Shown: positions 29,319-39,205 of the stretch, in pieces
How the letters are laid out: the number at the start of each line of letters is the position of its first letter
Position numbering within the stretch: the first letter of the stretch is position 1
Assembly (NCBI GenBank): GCA_023700245.1
Contig: JAJPRE010000001.1
Location: 68,807 to 132,806, forward strand
Reading direction: 5' to 3'
Source: Candidatus Thalassarchaeaceae archaeon
GTDB taxonomy: Archaea; Thermoplasmatota; Poseidoniia; Poseidoniales; Thalassarchaeaceae
DNA length: 64,000 nucleotides
Translations under genes and position numbers: made by a program
Notes under the pieces: generated by a model
Told to the model about the DNA's origin: nothing
What the model saw: the letters and a program-made list of their open reading frames with translations, nothing else
Databases searched by the model: none

Positions 29319-29588
29319 ATGATAATGAATGAAAAGAAATATTTTGTTTTAATGAAAGATGGAAATGATACTACCCAAGTTTTCCATAGTAAGCAACCAA
29401 GGGGTGCAGCATTGAAAGCAGCCTCAAGAGGAGAGACCGACATAAGCCTCAGAGAGAGAGGTACTAACCGTGTGCATGTGTTCACAGGTGAGAAAAAAAT
29501 GGTCGCAAAACCAGCAAGTGCACCTGATTGGTTACCTGATAAAATTAATAAAGCAAATGTTAAGAAAGTCCGAATTGATAGAATTTAA
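29319..29588 (+). CDS. Archaeal chromosomal protein MC1
   Basis: FVLMKDGNDTTQVFHSKQPRGAALKAASRG...SLRERGTNRVHVFTGEKKMVAKPASAPDWLPDKINKANVKKVRIDRI aligns closely with Methanosarcina MC1 as recalled (FVLRDEDGNE..VFTGKQPRQAALKAANRG..RLRERGTKKVHVF..PAWMPEKI..VKK). Confidence 0.85.
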   Translation: MIMNEKKYFVLMKDGNDTTQVFHSKQPRGAALKAASRGETDISLRERGTNRVHVFTGEKKMVAKPASAPDWLPDKINKANVKKVRIDRI

Positions 29589-29591
29589 TTT

Positions 29592-30356
29592 TTATTTTCT
29601 TATTCCTAATTTTTTAGCTAATATGGCTAATGGATCATAATATTCTGTCACTATTCTTTCTTTTAATGGTATTATGGCATTATCTGTGATATTTATTCCT
29701 GCAGGGCATACATCTGTACAACATCTAGTAATGTTGCAATAACCTATTCCAAAATCTTCTTTTATCTCCGGAATTCTATTTTCAGTATCCAATGGATGCA
29801 TCTCCAATCCCGCCAATCGAACAAAAAATCTCGGACCTGCAAATTCATCAAACTTTTCATGTTCTCTCAATACATGGCATGTATTTACACACAACATGCA
29901 TTCGATACAAGATCTAAATTCTTGAATCCTATCTGCTTCCCTCTGATTAAAGTTCCAATCTAATTCTTCTGGGCCATTTATTGGAACCATTTTTTTATTC
30001 ATTTCATATGCCCATGACGTATCTGTAACTAGGTCCCTTGTTAGAGGAAATGCTTGCATTGGTTTTACTAAAATGGGTTCTCCTTCTTCAGTTTCTTCTA
30101 ATATGTCCTCCATTCTGGTCATACACATAAGGCGAGGCTTACCATTTACTTCGGCAGAACAGGACCCGCATTTACCTGCTTTACAGTTCCATCTACAGGC
30201 TAAATCTGGAGCATGTTCGGCTTGTATTCTATGTATCACGTCTAATACTACCATGCCATCATCCATTGGTACAGTATAATCTACCATTTCACCAATCACG
30301 TTGCCATCATTATCGGGTTCTCCACGAAAAATCTTGAAAGTAATATCTTCAGCCAA
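29592..30356 (-). CDS. sdhB: Succinate dehydrogenase iron-sulfur subunit
   Basis: Cys clusters CRWNCKAGKCGSCSAEVNG, CIECMLCVNTC and CTDVCP. TTG start lies 7 nt after GAGGAGG. Confidence 0.9.
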   Translation of the reverse strand: MAEDITFKIFRGEPDNDGNVIGEMVDYTVPMDDGMVVLDVIHRIQAEHAPDLACRWNCKAGKCGSCSAEVNGKPRLMCMTRMEDILEETEEGEPILVKPMQAFPLTRDLVTDTSWAYEMNKKMVPINGPEELDWNFNQREADRIQEFRSCIECMLCVNTCHVLREHEKFDEFAGPRFFVRLAGLEMHPLDTENRIPEIKEDFGIGYCNITRCCTDVCPAGINITDNAIIPLKERIVTEYYDPLAILAKKLGIRK

Positions 30357-30358
30357 AA

Positions 30359-32185
30359 TTATTCCTCCTCATGAAAATCGTCTGCATCTAATAATTTTTT
30401 CAAGTCTTCATCCATTGGAGGGTATCTACGATGCTCAATAGCCATAACATCTTTTTGGGTAATCACGCTGTTCATTTTCCCCCAATATTTGTAATCTGGA
30501 ACTGGAAAATCTTCTCTGGTGTGCCCGCCTCGTGATTCTTCCCTATGGAGGGCAGCCAATGTACACATTCTACTAACATCTATCATTGCATCAATTTCTA
30601 AAGATTGATGCCATCCAGGATTGTATATTCTACTACTTCCGGATGTAGTATTTCTTCCACGAATTTCTAATTCATTCAGATCTAGTAAAGCTTCTTTGAG
30701 CAAACTTTCCGTACGTATTATTCCCACCTTATTCTGCATCATTTCTCTTAAATCTTCAACAACTTTTGCAGGGTTTTCACCACTTTCTCTCTTGAGGGGC
30801 GCCAAAGTATCTTCAATCGCCTTATCAATTTCAGATTCTTCGATAATTGAAAAATATTCTATTTCTTTGGCTCTTTTTGCAGCATAACCTCCAGCTATTT
30901 TTCCAAAAACAATCAAGTCAGATAATGAATTTCCTCCTAATCTATTTGCACCATGTAATCCTGTAGCGGCTTCTCCTGCTGCATACATTCTAGGGACCGT
31001 AGTTTCCTGAGTTTCAGGATCAACTCTTATGCCTCCCATTACATAATGGGCGGTTGGACCAACTTCCATTTTTTCAGTTGTTATGTCTACTGCAGCCAAT
31101 TCTTTGAACTGATGATACATCCCAGGTAATTTCTTCTTAACTTCTTCAGGATCTCTCCAAGAGATATCTAGGTATGCGCCACCGTGCTCACTCGATCTTC
31201 CAGCATCTCTCTCAGCATTTATGGCCTTAGCAACAACATCCCTCGTTAGTAATTCAGGGGGCCTTCTTACGGTTGCTAATTTTCCACTAACTATTTCGGA
31301 AACCCATTCCAAAGCCTCCTCTTCGGTTTCTGCAAACTCGTCTTTATACATTTCAGGGACATATTCAAACATAAATCTATTACCTTCAGAATTAGTTAAC
31401 ATGCCCCCTTCACCACGAACACCTTCTGTAACCAAGATACCCTTGACTGATGGTGGCCATATCATGCCTGTTGGGTGAAATTGAATAAACTCCATATCGC
31501 CCATCTCAGCACCTGCCCAGTATGCTAGGGCATAGCCTTCTCCGGTGTATTCCCAAGATCCAGAACAAACTTCCCAACATCTTGTTGCGCCTCCAGTTGC
31601 CATGACAATTGTTTTAGCCTTGAAAATGTGTAAAGTACCATCATTTCTATTATATGCAAAGCAACCAGACACTTTACCATCTGTCTTGAAGATTTTACGA
31701 ACGGTAAATTCCATGAATACATCCATTCCCATGTGCACGCCCTTCTCCTGTAATGTCCGTATAAGTTCCAGTCCAGTCGCATCTCCAATGTGCGCTAGCC
31801 GTGGGTACGTATGCCCTCCAAAATTTCTTTGATTTGTAAGTCCTTTTTCAGTTCTATCAAAAACAGCACCCCATGTTTCCAATTCTCTAATTCTATCAGG
31901 TGCCTGTTGAGCGTGTATTTTTGCCATTCTCCAATCATTGAGGTATTTGCCACCTTTCATTGTATCTCTAAAGTGAATTTTCCAATTATCTCTTGGATCT
32001 TTATTTCCTAATGCAGCAGCAGCTCCTCCTTCAGCCATCACAGTATGGGCTTTACCAAGCATCGATTTACAAATCATAGCAACACTTACTCCACTCTTAC
32101 TGGCCTCAATGGCTGCCCTAAGTCCAGCTCCTCCCGCGCCAATTATCACAACATCGTGTTCGTGAATTATATATTTTTCATCCAT
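30359..32185 (-). CDS. sdhA: Succinate dehydrogenase flavoprotein subunit
   Basis: GAGGAGLRAA dinucleotide fold, FHPTGM, GANRLGGNSL and ESRGGHTRED. C-terminal extension ends KKLLDADDFHEEE. Confidence 0.95.
   Translation of the reverse strand: MDEKYIIHEHDVVIIGAGGAGLRAAIEASKSGVSVAMICKSMLGKAHTVMAEGGAAAALGNKDPRDNWKIHFRDTMKGGKYLNDWRMAKIHAQQAPDRIRELETWGAVFDRTEKGLTNQRNFGGHTYPRLAHIGDATGLELIRTLQEKGVHMGMDVFMEFTVRKIFKTDGKVSGCFAYNRNDGTLHIFKAKTIVMATGGATRCWEVCSGSWEYTGEGYALAYWAGAEMGDMEFIQFHPTGMIWPPSVKGILVTEGVRGEGGMLTNSEGNRFMFEYVPEMYKDEFAETEEEALEWVSEIVSGKLATVRRPPELLTRDVVAKAINAERDAGRSSEHGGAYLDISWRDPEEVKKKLPGMYHQFKELAAVDITTEKMEVGPTAHYVMGGIRVDPETQETTVPRMYAAGEAATGLHGANRLGGNSLSDLIVFGKIAGGYAAKRAKEIEYFSIIEESEIDKAIEDTLAPLKRESGENPAKVVEDLREMMQNKVGIIRTESLLKEALLDLNELEIRGRNTTSGSSRIYNPGWHQSLEIDAMIDVSRMCTLAALHREESRGGHTREDFPVPDYKYWGKMNSVITQKDVMAIEHRRYPPMDEDLKKLLDADDFHEEE
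30364..30370 (-). promoter_or_regulatory. Shine-Dalgarno GAGGAGG formed by the terminal Glu codons of sdhA, 7 nt before the sdhB TTG
   Basis: The minus strand reads catGAGGAGGaataattTTGgct. Confidence 0.55.
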
Positions 32186-32194
32186 TAAAATACC

Positions 32195-32995
32195 TCAGAT
32201 AATTATGATGTAAGGGTCGTGAATAATTCCTTCAGCAACGGCCCAAACAAATAAGTCCCCTATGAACACCATCCCTAAGCTGGTCCAAAACCAAAAAGAA
32301 TGATCAACATTTATGTTGCTAATTTTAATATATATTCCACCCATAATCCCGGAAATACCGCCCCGCCATTGATTCATACTTCCTCCAAATAAATGTCTAA
32401 ATGCGTGGCATGAACCAACATACATCAATAATAAAAATGATTCTACGGCGAGAACCACCGTTCCAACTGATATCCCAAATCCTTCTTTTTCAGTACCATT
32501 AAAAAAATGCATGGTATGGTACACGTCAAAAATTTTCATCGATAGTATTATTATTGCTAGATACAACATGTACCTATGTATATTGTTTAATATGAATAAT
32601 CCAGTTTCGCCTTTGTATCCAATGCGATAGTTTATTTCTGGCTTGGAAACTACACATGCAGTTGGATTTTGAAAGAAGACTCTATGATATACTCTACGCA
32701 TGTAATAACAAGTGCCTCTAAATCCGAAAGGGATCCATAAAATCAATAATGCAGAATTCATCCAATTAGGAGTTTTCAAGTCAAATAAATGTATAACATC
32801 TGGAGAAAAGATTGGGGATGTGACTCTATGATTGTCATATTGAATTTCACCATCCCATAATGTTACACGGAATGTAGTGTATACGAGAGTTAGAGTAAGT
32901 GCAAAAGCCATCCAAAAAGGTTCGGCCCACCATTTGTCTACTCGATCTGTGATTCCAAATCCTTTTTGTATTGGAAGTTTTAATGAATTTGACAT
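32195..32995 (-). CDS. sdhC: Succinate dehydrogenase membrane anchor (cytochrome b-type, probable)
   Basis: 266 aa with 5-6 TM segments and several membrane-embedded His (NIHRYML, VYHTMHFF, SCHAFRHLF). Lies directly upstream of sdhA and sdhB on the same strand. Confidence 0.55.
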   Translation of the reverse strand: MSNSLKLPIQKGFGITDRVDKWWAEPFWMAFALTLTLVYTTFRVTLWDGEIQYDNHRVTSPIFSPDVIHLFDLKTPNWMNSALLILWIPFGFRGTCYYMRRVYHRVFFQNPTACVVSKPEINYRIGYKGETGLFILNNIHRYMLYLAIIILSMKIFDVYHTMHFFNGTEKEGFGISVGTVVLAVESFLLLMYVGSCHAFRHLFGGSMNQWRGGISGIMGGIYIKISNINVDHSFWFWTSLGMVFIGDLFVWAVAEGIIHDPYIIII

Positions 32996-33090
32996 CCTAA
33001 ATTCTTCCCAATAGTATGTTCCAAAAGCAGGGAGGAAATAAGTGATTGCTTTTCTCCATGATATAAACTTTAGATGTTTTATTCAATATT

Positions 33091-33097
33091 TTTATAA
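33091..33097 (+). promoter_or_regulatory. TATA-box-like TTTATAA 25 nt upstream of the candidate zinc-ribbon ATG
   Basis: The spacing matches archaeal TATA-to-TSS distance for a leaderless mRNA. The same spacing is seen at 54116-54121 (pyrC), 37537-37542 (DUF4350-like) and 34948-34955 (cdc48). Confidence 0.3.
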
Positions 33098-33121
33098 GTA
33101 TCTTTTCAATATAATGTATCA

Positions 33122-33232
33122 ATGGTTGAATTCGGAGACATTGAAACATCAATTTGTGTTAATTGTGGCTTTATGCCTGGGGTATGGCTACCAACTATTC
33201 CATGTCCGGAATGCGGTGAACCGTTCCTTTAG
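33122..33232 (+). CDS. Candidate 36-aa zinc-ribbon protein (below ORF-track size cutoff)
   Basis: Translation by hand gives MVEFGDIETSICVNCGFMPGVWLPTIPCPECGEPFL with CxxC-12-CxxC. TTTATAA lies 25 nt upstream of the ATG (leaderless-type spacing). The stop overlaps the convergent ALDH stop by 4 nt. Confidence 0.4.
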   Translation: MVEFGDIETSICVNCGFMPGVWLPTIPCPECGEPFL

Positions 33233-34932
33233 GACAAAGCTGAATAATCAACATCTGCTTCTATGAAATCTATTTCTTCTACATCCATTTGGGCAAGTTG
33301 TAATTTACCAGATAATTCATCATTTACAGCATGCCAATATGAGTAGGATTCTATGACCCATATTCCAGATTCTCGTGTGCCATTTCCGCTACCTTTAACT
33401 CCTCCAAAAGGAAGATGGGCTTCCGCACCTGTTGTAGAATTATTTATGCCAGTCATTCCAGCCTTAATTCCCGTCTTGAACCTATATGCTTCTAATCTAT
33501 CATTAGTATATATTGCACTGGATAATCCATATGGAGATGCATTGGCTAGATGTAATGCATGTTCGAAATCAGTTGCCTTCACCAAAGTAATTGCAGGTCC
33601 AAAAATTTCTTCATGAAAACATTCCATATCTTCAGTCACATTTGAATAAACATGTGGCCACATATAAACTCCTTCTTCTGGAGTTCCAAGGAAATTATCA
33701 GGTTTATTTTCTGTTGTGATCCTTCCATTACCCCATAATTTAGTAGCTCCACTAGAGTCACACATCTCTAATGCTTTAAGAAAATCAATTGCATATCTTT
33801 CAGATAACATTGGCCCATATAGTACTCCATCGTGTTCCATTGAATCTCCTATTGTGGTGGATTTTACTTTGTCCATTAATTTACTAACAAATTCGTCATA
33901 TATGTCCTCATGAATGATTAAATTACCTAGGCTCGTACATCTTTGCCCTGCAGTTCCAAAGCCGGCCCAATATGCGCCTTCAATCGCATTCTCAAGATCT
34001 GCACTTGGCATTATTACTAAGGGATTTTTACCTCCCAATTCTAAACTAGCCGATACTAGATTCCTGCCACAAACTTCTCCAATCATTTTTCCTACCGAAG
34101 TACTTCCAGTGAAGCTAATTTTATTCACTAATCCCTCATCCACTGCATCAACAAGATACTGACCTGCTCCACTACCTTTACCATGAACTAGATTAATTAC
34201 TCCATTTGGTAATCCAGCCTCATGCATAATTCTTGCAAGCATAAAAGAAAGAAGGGGTGCATCTTGTGGAGATTTCCAAACACACGTATTTCCACACATA
34301 ATTGCAGGTATCATTTTCCAAAATGGGACCGCTGCTGGGAAATTACACGCATTAATTATTCCACAAACTCCTAATGGGCGCCTATATGTAAATAATTCTT
34401 TATCAGGCAATTCTGAATTCACTGTTTGTCCATAAAGTCGGCGGCCTTCAGATTGAAAGAAGAGACATGTATCAATCGCTTCTTGCACTGAACCAGCACT
34501 TTCTTTCAACGTTTTTCCTATCTCTCTAGTCTCCAATCGTACTATGTCATCCTTATATTGCATCAATAATCTACCCATATTTCCAATTATTTGGCCTCTA
34601 GTTGGGGCCGGAGTTGATGACCAAGGTCCAAATGCTTCTGTTGCAGCACTGATTGCATCGTGTACATCTTGTTTTGATGATAATGGAAATTCTCCCAAGC
34701 AATCCTTTAATAATGCTGGATTAAAACTTTCAAATTTTTTCCCATCACTTGATTGTCTCAATTCACCATTGATTATATTGTATCCTCGGACCTTCGCCCT
34801 ACCATTTGGATTTTCACTTTCTATAATTTCAAAACCTGTCTCGAGAACATGAGTCATGTGCCTGGGATAGACACGACTTTGATAATCCTGCTGAGTATTT
34901 CTATTTACAACTGAAATAAAATCAAAAGACAA
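33229..34932 (-). CDS. NAD(P)-dependent aldehyde dehydrogenase
   Basis: ALDH motifs FTGSTSVGK, SLELGGKNP (catalytic Glu) and GFGTAGQRCTS (catalytic Cys). N- and C-terminal extensions are present, and the true start may be internal. Confidence 0.9.
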   Translation of the reverse strand: MSFDFISVVNRNTQQDYQSRVYPRHMTHVLETGFEIIESENPNGRAKVRGYNIINGELRQSSDGKKFESFNPALLKDCLGEFPLSSKQDVHDAISAATEAFGPWSSTPAPTRGQIIGNMGRLLMQYKDDIVRLETREIGKTLKESAGSVQEAIDTCLFFQSEGRRLYGQTVNSELPDKELFTYRRPLGVCGIINACNFPAAVPFWKMIPAIMCGNTCVWKSPQDAPLLSFMLARIMHEAGLPNGVINLVHGKGSGAGQYLVDAVDEGLVNKISFTGSTSVGKMIGEVCGRNLVSASLELGGKNPLVIMPSADLENAIEGAYWAGFGTAGQRCTSLGNLIIHEDIYDEFVSKLMDKVKSTTIGDSMEHDGVLYGPMLSERYAIDFLKALEMCDSSGATKLWGNGRITTENKPDNFLGTPEEGVYMWPHVYSNVTEDMECFHEEIFGPAITLVKATDFEHALHLANASPYGLSSAIYTNDRLEAYRFKTGIKAGMTGINNSTTGAEAHLPFGGVKGSGNGTRESGIWVIESYSYWHAVNDELSGKLQLAQMDVEEIDFIEADVDYSALS

Positions 34933-34975
34933 CTTTTAGTTAGTAGGTTTAATTACCCCAAAGTTTCACAAGGCT

Positions 34976-37216
34976 TTGTTAGGGGTTATTGGAGTGGCGG
35001 CAGATACATCAGATTCTCTTACTTTGAGAGTAGCAAAAGCAATTCCGAGTGATGTGGGACATGGGCGTGCAAGAGTACCCTTTGATAATGATTTAAATCT
35101 TAAACCCGGAGATATCGTAAAAATATCCGGAGATCAAGATACGGCAGCTATAGTTTGGAGATGTAGGCCAGAAGATGCTAATTTAGGAGTTATTCGTATA
35201 GATGGAATAATTCGAAAAAATGCTGGTGTGAGTTTAGGTGATAGAGTTACTATTTCCAAAGTAGAAACTCAACCATGTACTAGATTAGTATTAAGTCCGG
35301 TAATGGCTAAACAACAAAAAGTAAGATTTGGGCCTGGAATTGAGGGTTTTGCACGTAGAGGACTTAACAAAAGGCCAGTTGTTGCAGGAGATAGGATTTT
35401 CATACCAGGTATGACCCTATTCGCCGAAGCTCTTCCTTTTGCAATTGTCCAAACTAGTCCAAAAGGTATAGTTCAAGTTTTGCCAGATACCGAGATAATA
35501 ATCAAGGAAGAACCGGTAGGCAAAGAAGAACAGGAAATCATACATTCTATTTCATATGAAGATATAGGGGGTATTGGACAACAATTACAAAATATTAGGG
35601 AAATGGTAGAATTGCCATTAAAACATCCAATTTTATTCCGCAGATTAGGCATAGATCCGCCAAGAGGAGTTCTCCTTCATGGTCCACCAGGGACAGGTAA
35701 GACACTAATTGCAAAAGCGGTTGCATCAGAAACCAATGCACATTTCCAGTCAATAAATGGGCCAGAAATAATTTCAAAATACTATGGTGAAAGCGAAAAA
35801 CAACTAAGAGAAATTTTTGATGAAGCAGCTGCAAATTCCCCTGCTATCATTTTTATTGATGAATTAGATAGTATCGCTCCAAAAAGAGAGGACGTAAGTG
35901 GAGAAGTCGAACGAAGAGTTGTAGCACAATTACTAACTCTTTTGGATGGAATGCAAGGAAGAGATAATGTTGTTGTAATTGGAGCCACTAATCGCCGTGA
36001 TGCAATTGATCCTGCTTTGAGGCGCCCCGGTAGATTTGATAGAGAATTAGAAATAGGTGTCCCTGATAAGAATGGAAGGGCCGAAATACTCGCAATTCAT
36101 ACTAGGGATATGCCAATAAGTGATGATTTTAATGCTGAATGGTTATTGGATAATACATATGGATTTGTAGGGGCAGATATTTCTGCATTAGTACGTGAGT
36201 CAGCAATGAAGGCATTACGTAGATATTTGCCAGAAATTAATTTAGATGAGGATGAGATACCCCCAGAAGTTATTGAAAAAATGGAAGTTAAGATGGAAGA
36301 TTTCCATTTAGCAATTAAAGATATTGAACCCAGTGCACTAAGGGAAGTTTACATCGAAGTACCTCAAGTAAGTTGGGATCAAGTAGGGGGCTTAGAAGAA
36401 GTAAAAGAAAGACTCAAAGAAAGTATTGAATGGCCATTAAACAGGCCCGAGTCATTCGAACACTTTGGGATTAAACCCCCAAGGGGAATAATTCTTTTCG
36501 GGGCGCCCGGTACTGGAAAAACTCTGATTGCTAAAGCAATAGCTAATGAAGCAAGAGCTAATTTTATCACAATCAAAGGGCCAGAATTAATTTCAAAATG
36601 GGTAGGAGAATCAGAAAAAGCCGTTAGAGAAGTTTTCAAAAAAGCCAAGCAGGCGAGCCCATCTATTATATTTTTAGATGAATTCGAAAGTATTGCTGGC
36701 ATGAGAAGAAACAACTCTGGAGATGGATCAGACGCCATGAATCGAGTAGTAAATCAATTACTAAGTAGTATGGATGGAGTTGAATCAATGGAAGGAGTAA
36801 TTGTAGTTGCGGCTACTAATAGGCCAGAAATGATAGATCCTGCATTACTCCGTTCAGGCAGATTTGAAAGAGTCCTACACATACCTCCACCAGATAAAGA
36901 ATCAATAAAACAAATCTTGAAAATTCATACTGCAGATATGCCCTTAGGTAAATTCAATGTAGATGATTTTGCTCCAAGATTGGACAATTATACTGGTGCA
37001 GATATTGAAGCAATATGTAGGGAATCGGCTTTAATTGCCATGCGCGCCAATAAGAAAACTGTCTCAAGGAAATTCTTTGAACAAGCTATTGATAGGGTAA
37101 GGCCAACAGTTACTCCTGAAATGATGGAATATTATGGTCGTATGGAAGCAACTCTGACTAGCGGCTTAGAGTCCGTTAAGAGGTCAAATAACTCTGCCGG
37201 CATGGAATCTGTTTGA
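34976..37216 (+). CDS. cdc48: Cdc48/VCP-like AAA+ ATPase (two AAA domains)
   Basis: N-domain plus D1 and D2, each with [16 protein letters not shown] Walker A and FIDELD/FLDEFE Walker B motifs. TTG start, with TTTAATTA 21-28 nt upstream. Confidence 0.95.
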   Translation: MLGVIGVAADTSDSLTLRVAKAIPSDVGHGRARVPFDNDLNLKPGDIVKISGDQDTAAIVWRCRPEDANLGVIRIDGIIRKNAGVSLGDRVTISKVETQPCTRLVLSPVMAKQQKVRFGPGIEGFARRGLNKRPVVAGDRIFIPGMTLFAEALPFAIVQTSPKGIVQVLPDTEIIIKEEPVGKEEQEIIHSISYEDIGGIGQQLQNIREMVELPLKHPILFRRLGIDPPRGVLLHGPPGTGKTLIAKAVASETNAHFQSINGPEIISKYYGESEKQLREIFDEAAANSPAIIFIDELDSIAPKREDVSGEVERRVVAQLLTLLDGMQGRDNVVVIGATNRRDAIDPALRRPGRFDRELEIGVPDKNGRAEILAIHTRDMPISDDFNAEWLLDNTYGFVGADISALVRESAMKALRRYLPEINLDEDEIPPEVIEKMEVKMEDFHLAIKDIEPSALREVYIEVPQVSWDQVGGLEEVKERLKESIEWPLNRPESFEHFGIKPPRGIILFGAPGTGKTLIAKAIANEARANFITIKGPELISKWVGESEKAVREVFKKAKQASPSIIFLDEFESIAGMRRNNSGDGSDAMNRVVNQLLSSMDGVESMEGVIVVAATNRPEMIDPALLRSGRFERVLHIPPPDKESIKQILKIHTADMPLGKFNVDDFAPRLDNYTGADIEAICRESALIAMRANKKTVSRKFFEQAIDRVRPTVTPEMMEYYGRMEATLTSGLESVKRSNNSAGMESV

Positions 37217-37219
37217 GGT
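37215..37219 (+). promoter_or_regulatory. Shine-Dalgarno GAGGT overlapping the cdc48 TGA stop, 7 nt before the PRC-barrel TTG
   Basis: The sequence reads gttTGAGGTataaaaaTTG, the same TGAGGTAT arrangement as at 13244. Confidence 0.5.
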
Positions 37220-37226
37220 ATAAAAA

Positions 37227-37469
37227 TTGCCCACAACATTCAGTCTAGAGATATTACGGAAAAAAGTTATTGATATCGCAGGGGATGTTTTGGGGACGCT
37301 TGCGGATTTTAGTATTGATGAGGTATCAGGCAATGTTGTTGATATTTTAGTAGCAGTAGAATCTAGCATTGATCTAAATATGCTACCATGGGATACTGTT
37401 GATGGACTACTTTCGATACCTATTGAAGAAATAGATAGCATCGGAGCAAAAGTTCAATTAAAGCGTTAA
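37227..37469 (+). CDS. PRC-barrel domain protein
   Basis: 80 aa. LRKKVIDIAGDVLGTLADFSIDEVSGNVVDILV fits the PRC-barrel pattern. TTG start lies 7 nt after a GAGGT that overlaps the cdc48 TGA. Confidence 0.6.
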   Translation: MPTTFSLEILRKKVIDIAGDVLGTLADFSIDEVSGNVVDILVAVESSIDLNMLPWDTVDGLLSIPIEEIDSIGAKVQLKR

Positions 37470-37560
37470 TCTATGATGCGCCCTTGGTTCATAACTTCAC
37501 AACGGTCTTAAGATGAACTTAATGCTCAATGATTGATATAAAGTATCGGTGGTCTTGAAT

Positions 37561-39195
37561 ATGGTCGATTGGAAACGTATTTCTAGACGAATTTCTTCTA
37601 AAAAATATCGTCGCAATGCCCTTGTTTTATCGTTTTGGGGGCTACTATTAACTTTGGTTTTATCCATCGCTTTTTCCTATGTTGTCCCTGGCGAAACGCA
37701 ACAGTCAGCATACGGTAATGATTGGAATGATTTGGGTTCATTTAGGGGCGAATTAAATAATTTAGGGATACCTACTACTGCCTTAGTTTCAAGCCCTTTA
37801 TTGTTAAGTGAAGTTGAATATCCTGAAGAATCAATATTTATCATATCCGGCGTTGAAAGAGATACAATTTCATTACCTAGGTTCACTGGAGATGAGGACG
37901 TCATTCAATTTTCTGAAGGTGATGGTTACACTTCTTCTGAGATAATATCGATAGAAAATTTTGTCGAACGTGGTGGAACCGTTTTATTGATGGATGATTT
38001 TGGTTATTCTAGTAATTTAGCCAGTGAATTCGGCCTTGAATATACCGGACATAGTCTGTATGATGGCGAGGCTTATGATCGAAATCTTGGCTATAATTTT
38101 GTATGGGTAAATACTACTTCAACTTACAATTTTACATCTACTCCTGGTTCTCAAAATTCTGTTAACCCCTGTATTAGAGATTTAGATAATGATGGATTTA
38201 TTGATTTATTGGATAATGACCCTACAAACCCCAATACTCCAAATCAAGTCATAAATCTAAATAATGTAGGATTATGTGCCCATAGGTTTGATAGCGATAC
38301 TGGGGAATGGGATTTTTCAGAAAATTATAATTTATTGACTAATGGGCTATCAGCATTTGAAAAAACTTCGGCATATAATCCATCTGAACATCGTTACGTA
38401 ATTGCTAAGACAACTCTAGATTCCTGGTTAGATAATAATGATGATGGGAATTATACCATAGGTGGGTATGAGGCACTCGGCATCCAAGGAGATGAACAAG
38501 GGCCCTTTCCAGTTTATGTAAGGTATTGTGACAGTATTCTTTGTAGGTCGGCAGACTCTGGAAGAGTTCACTTTGTATCTGATGGCTCAATGTTGATAAA
38601 CTCCCTTTATGACCCAGAATTTGATGAAGAATATTCTGGATTAATTCCTTCTAATGATAACCGTAAATGGGCCCTAGATATAATTGCTGAATCATTATTA
38701 ATTGAAAATTCAGGTGCCAATGTAAGTTCTAATGCTTTGGTCATATTTGATGAGAGTAGACACCAACAACCAACTATCTTTGGAGATATATATAATTTAA
38801 TTTATTATTTGTTAATTTACTTTACTAATGATTGGATGGCAATGGTAATATTATTTATGATTTTATTCATATCATTGGAGGCAATAATAATTAGAAAAGA
38901 AGATCCTGAAGATTGGCGGCACATATTTAGAATTATCTATTACGGATTCGGCGATGCGAATAGATATGAGTATTATCAAAAATCAGATAAAATAAGGCAA
39001 GTTTTGTTGACTAGAGTTCGGAACTTAAATACCCTTTCTAGAGATGAGTTTGATGCATTGCCGGCAGTTGAATTACAAAAGATGGTGCAAGATCCAGTTT
39101 TAATTAGATTCATATTTGAAGATAGGAAATATAGGCCAGATGAGCTCGTCGGAGTTGTAAAAAGAATCAAAGATTGGGGAAACGTAGATACATAG
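37561..39195 (+). CDS. DUF4350-like membrane-anchored extracytoplasmic protein
   Basis: N-terminal TM (ALVLSFWGLLLTLVLSIAF) and a C-proximal TM. The block IFIISGVERD...ENFVERGGTVLLMDDFGYSSNLASEFGLEY resembles DUF4350. There is a Ca-binding-like insert DLDNDGFIDLLDNDPTNPN. TATAAA lies about 20 nt before ATG 37561; GTG 37549 is an alternative start. Confidence 0.5.
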   Translation: MVDWKRISRRISSKKYRRNALVLSFWGLLLTLVLSIAFSYVVPGETQQSAYGNDWNDLGSFRGELNNLGIPTTALVSSPLLLSEVEYPEESIFIISGVERDTISLPRFTGDEDVIQFSEGDGYTSSEIISIENFVERGGTVLLMDDFGYSSNLASEFGLEYTGHSLYDGEAYDRNLGYNFVWVNTTSTYNFTSTPGSQNSVNPCIRDLDNDGFIDLLDNDPTNPNTPNQVINLNNVGLCAHRFDSDTGEWDFSENYNLLTNGLSAFEKTSAYNPSEHRYVIAKTTLDSWLDNNDDGNYTIGGYEALGIQGDEQGPFPVYVRYCDSILCRSADSGRVHFVSDGSMLINSLYDPEFDEEYSGLIPSNDNRKWALDIIAESLLIENSGANVSSNALVIFDESRHQQPTIFGDIYNLIYYLLIYFTNDWMAMVILFMILFISLEAIIIRKEDPEDWRHIFRIIYYGFGDANRYEYYQKSDKIRQVLLTRVRNLNTLSRDEFDALPAVELQKMVQDPVLIRFIFEDRKYRPDELVGVVKRIKDWGNVDT

Positions 39196-39205
39196 GTGAA
39201 GTAAA

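Noticed and set aside
33042-33266. 74-aa plus-strand track ORF in the sdhC-ALDH gap.
   Set aside because: Its composition is hydrophobic and aromatic with no signals. A different frame in the same gap gives the much more protein-like CxxC...CxxC peptide (33122-33232).
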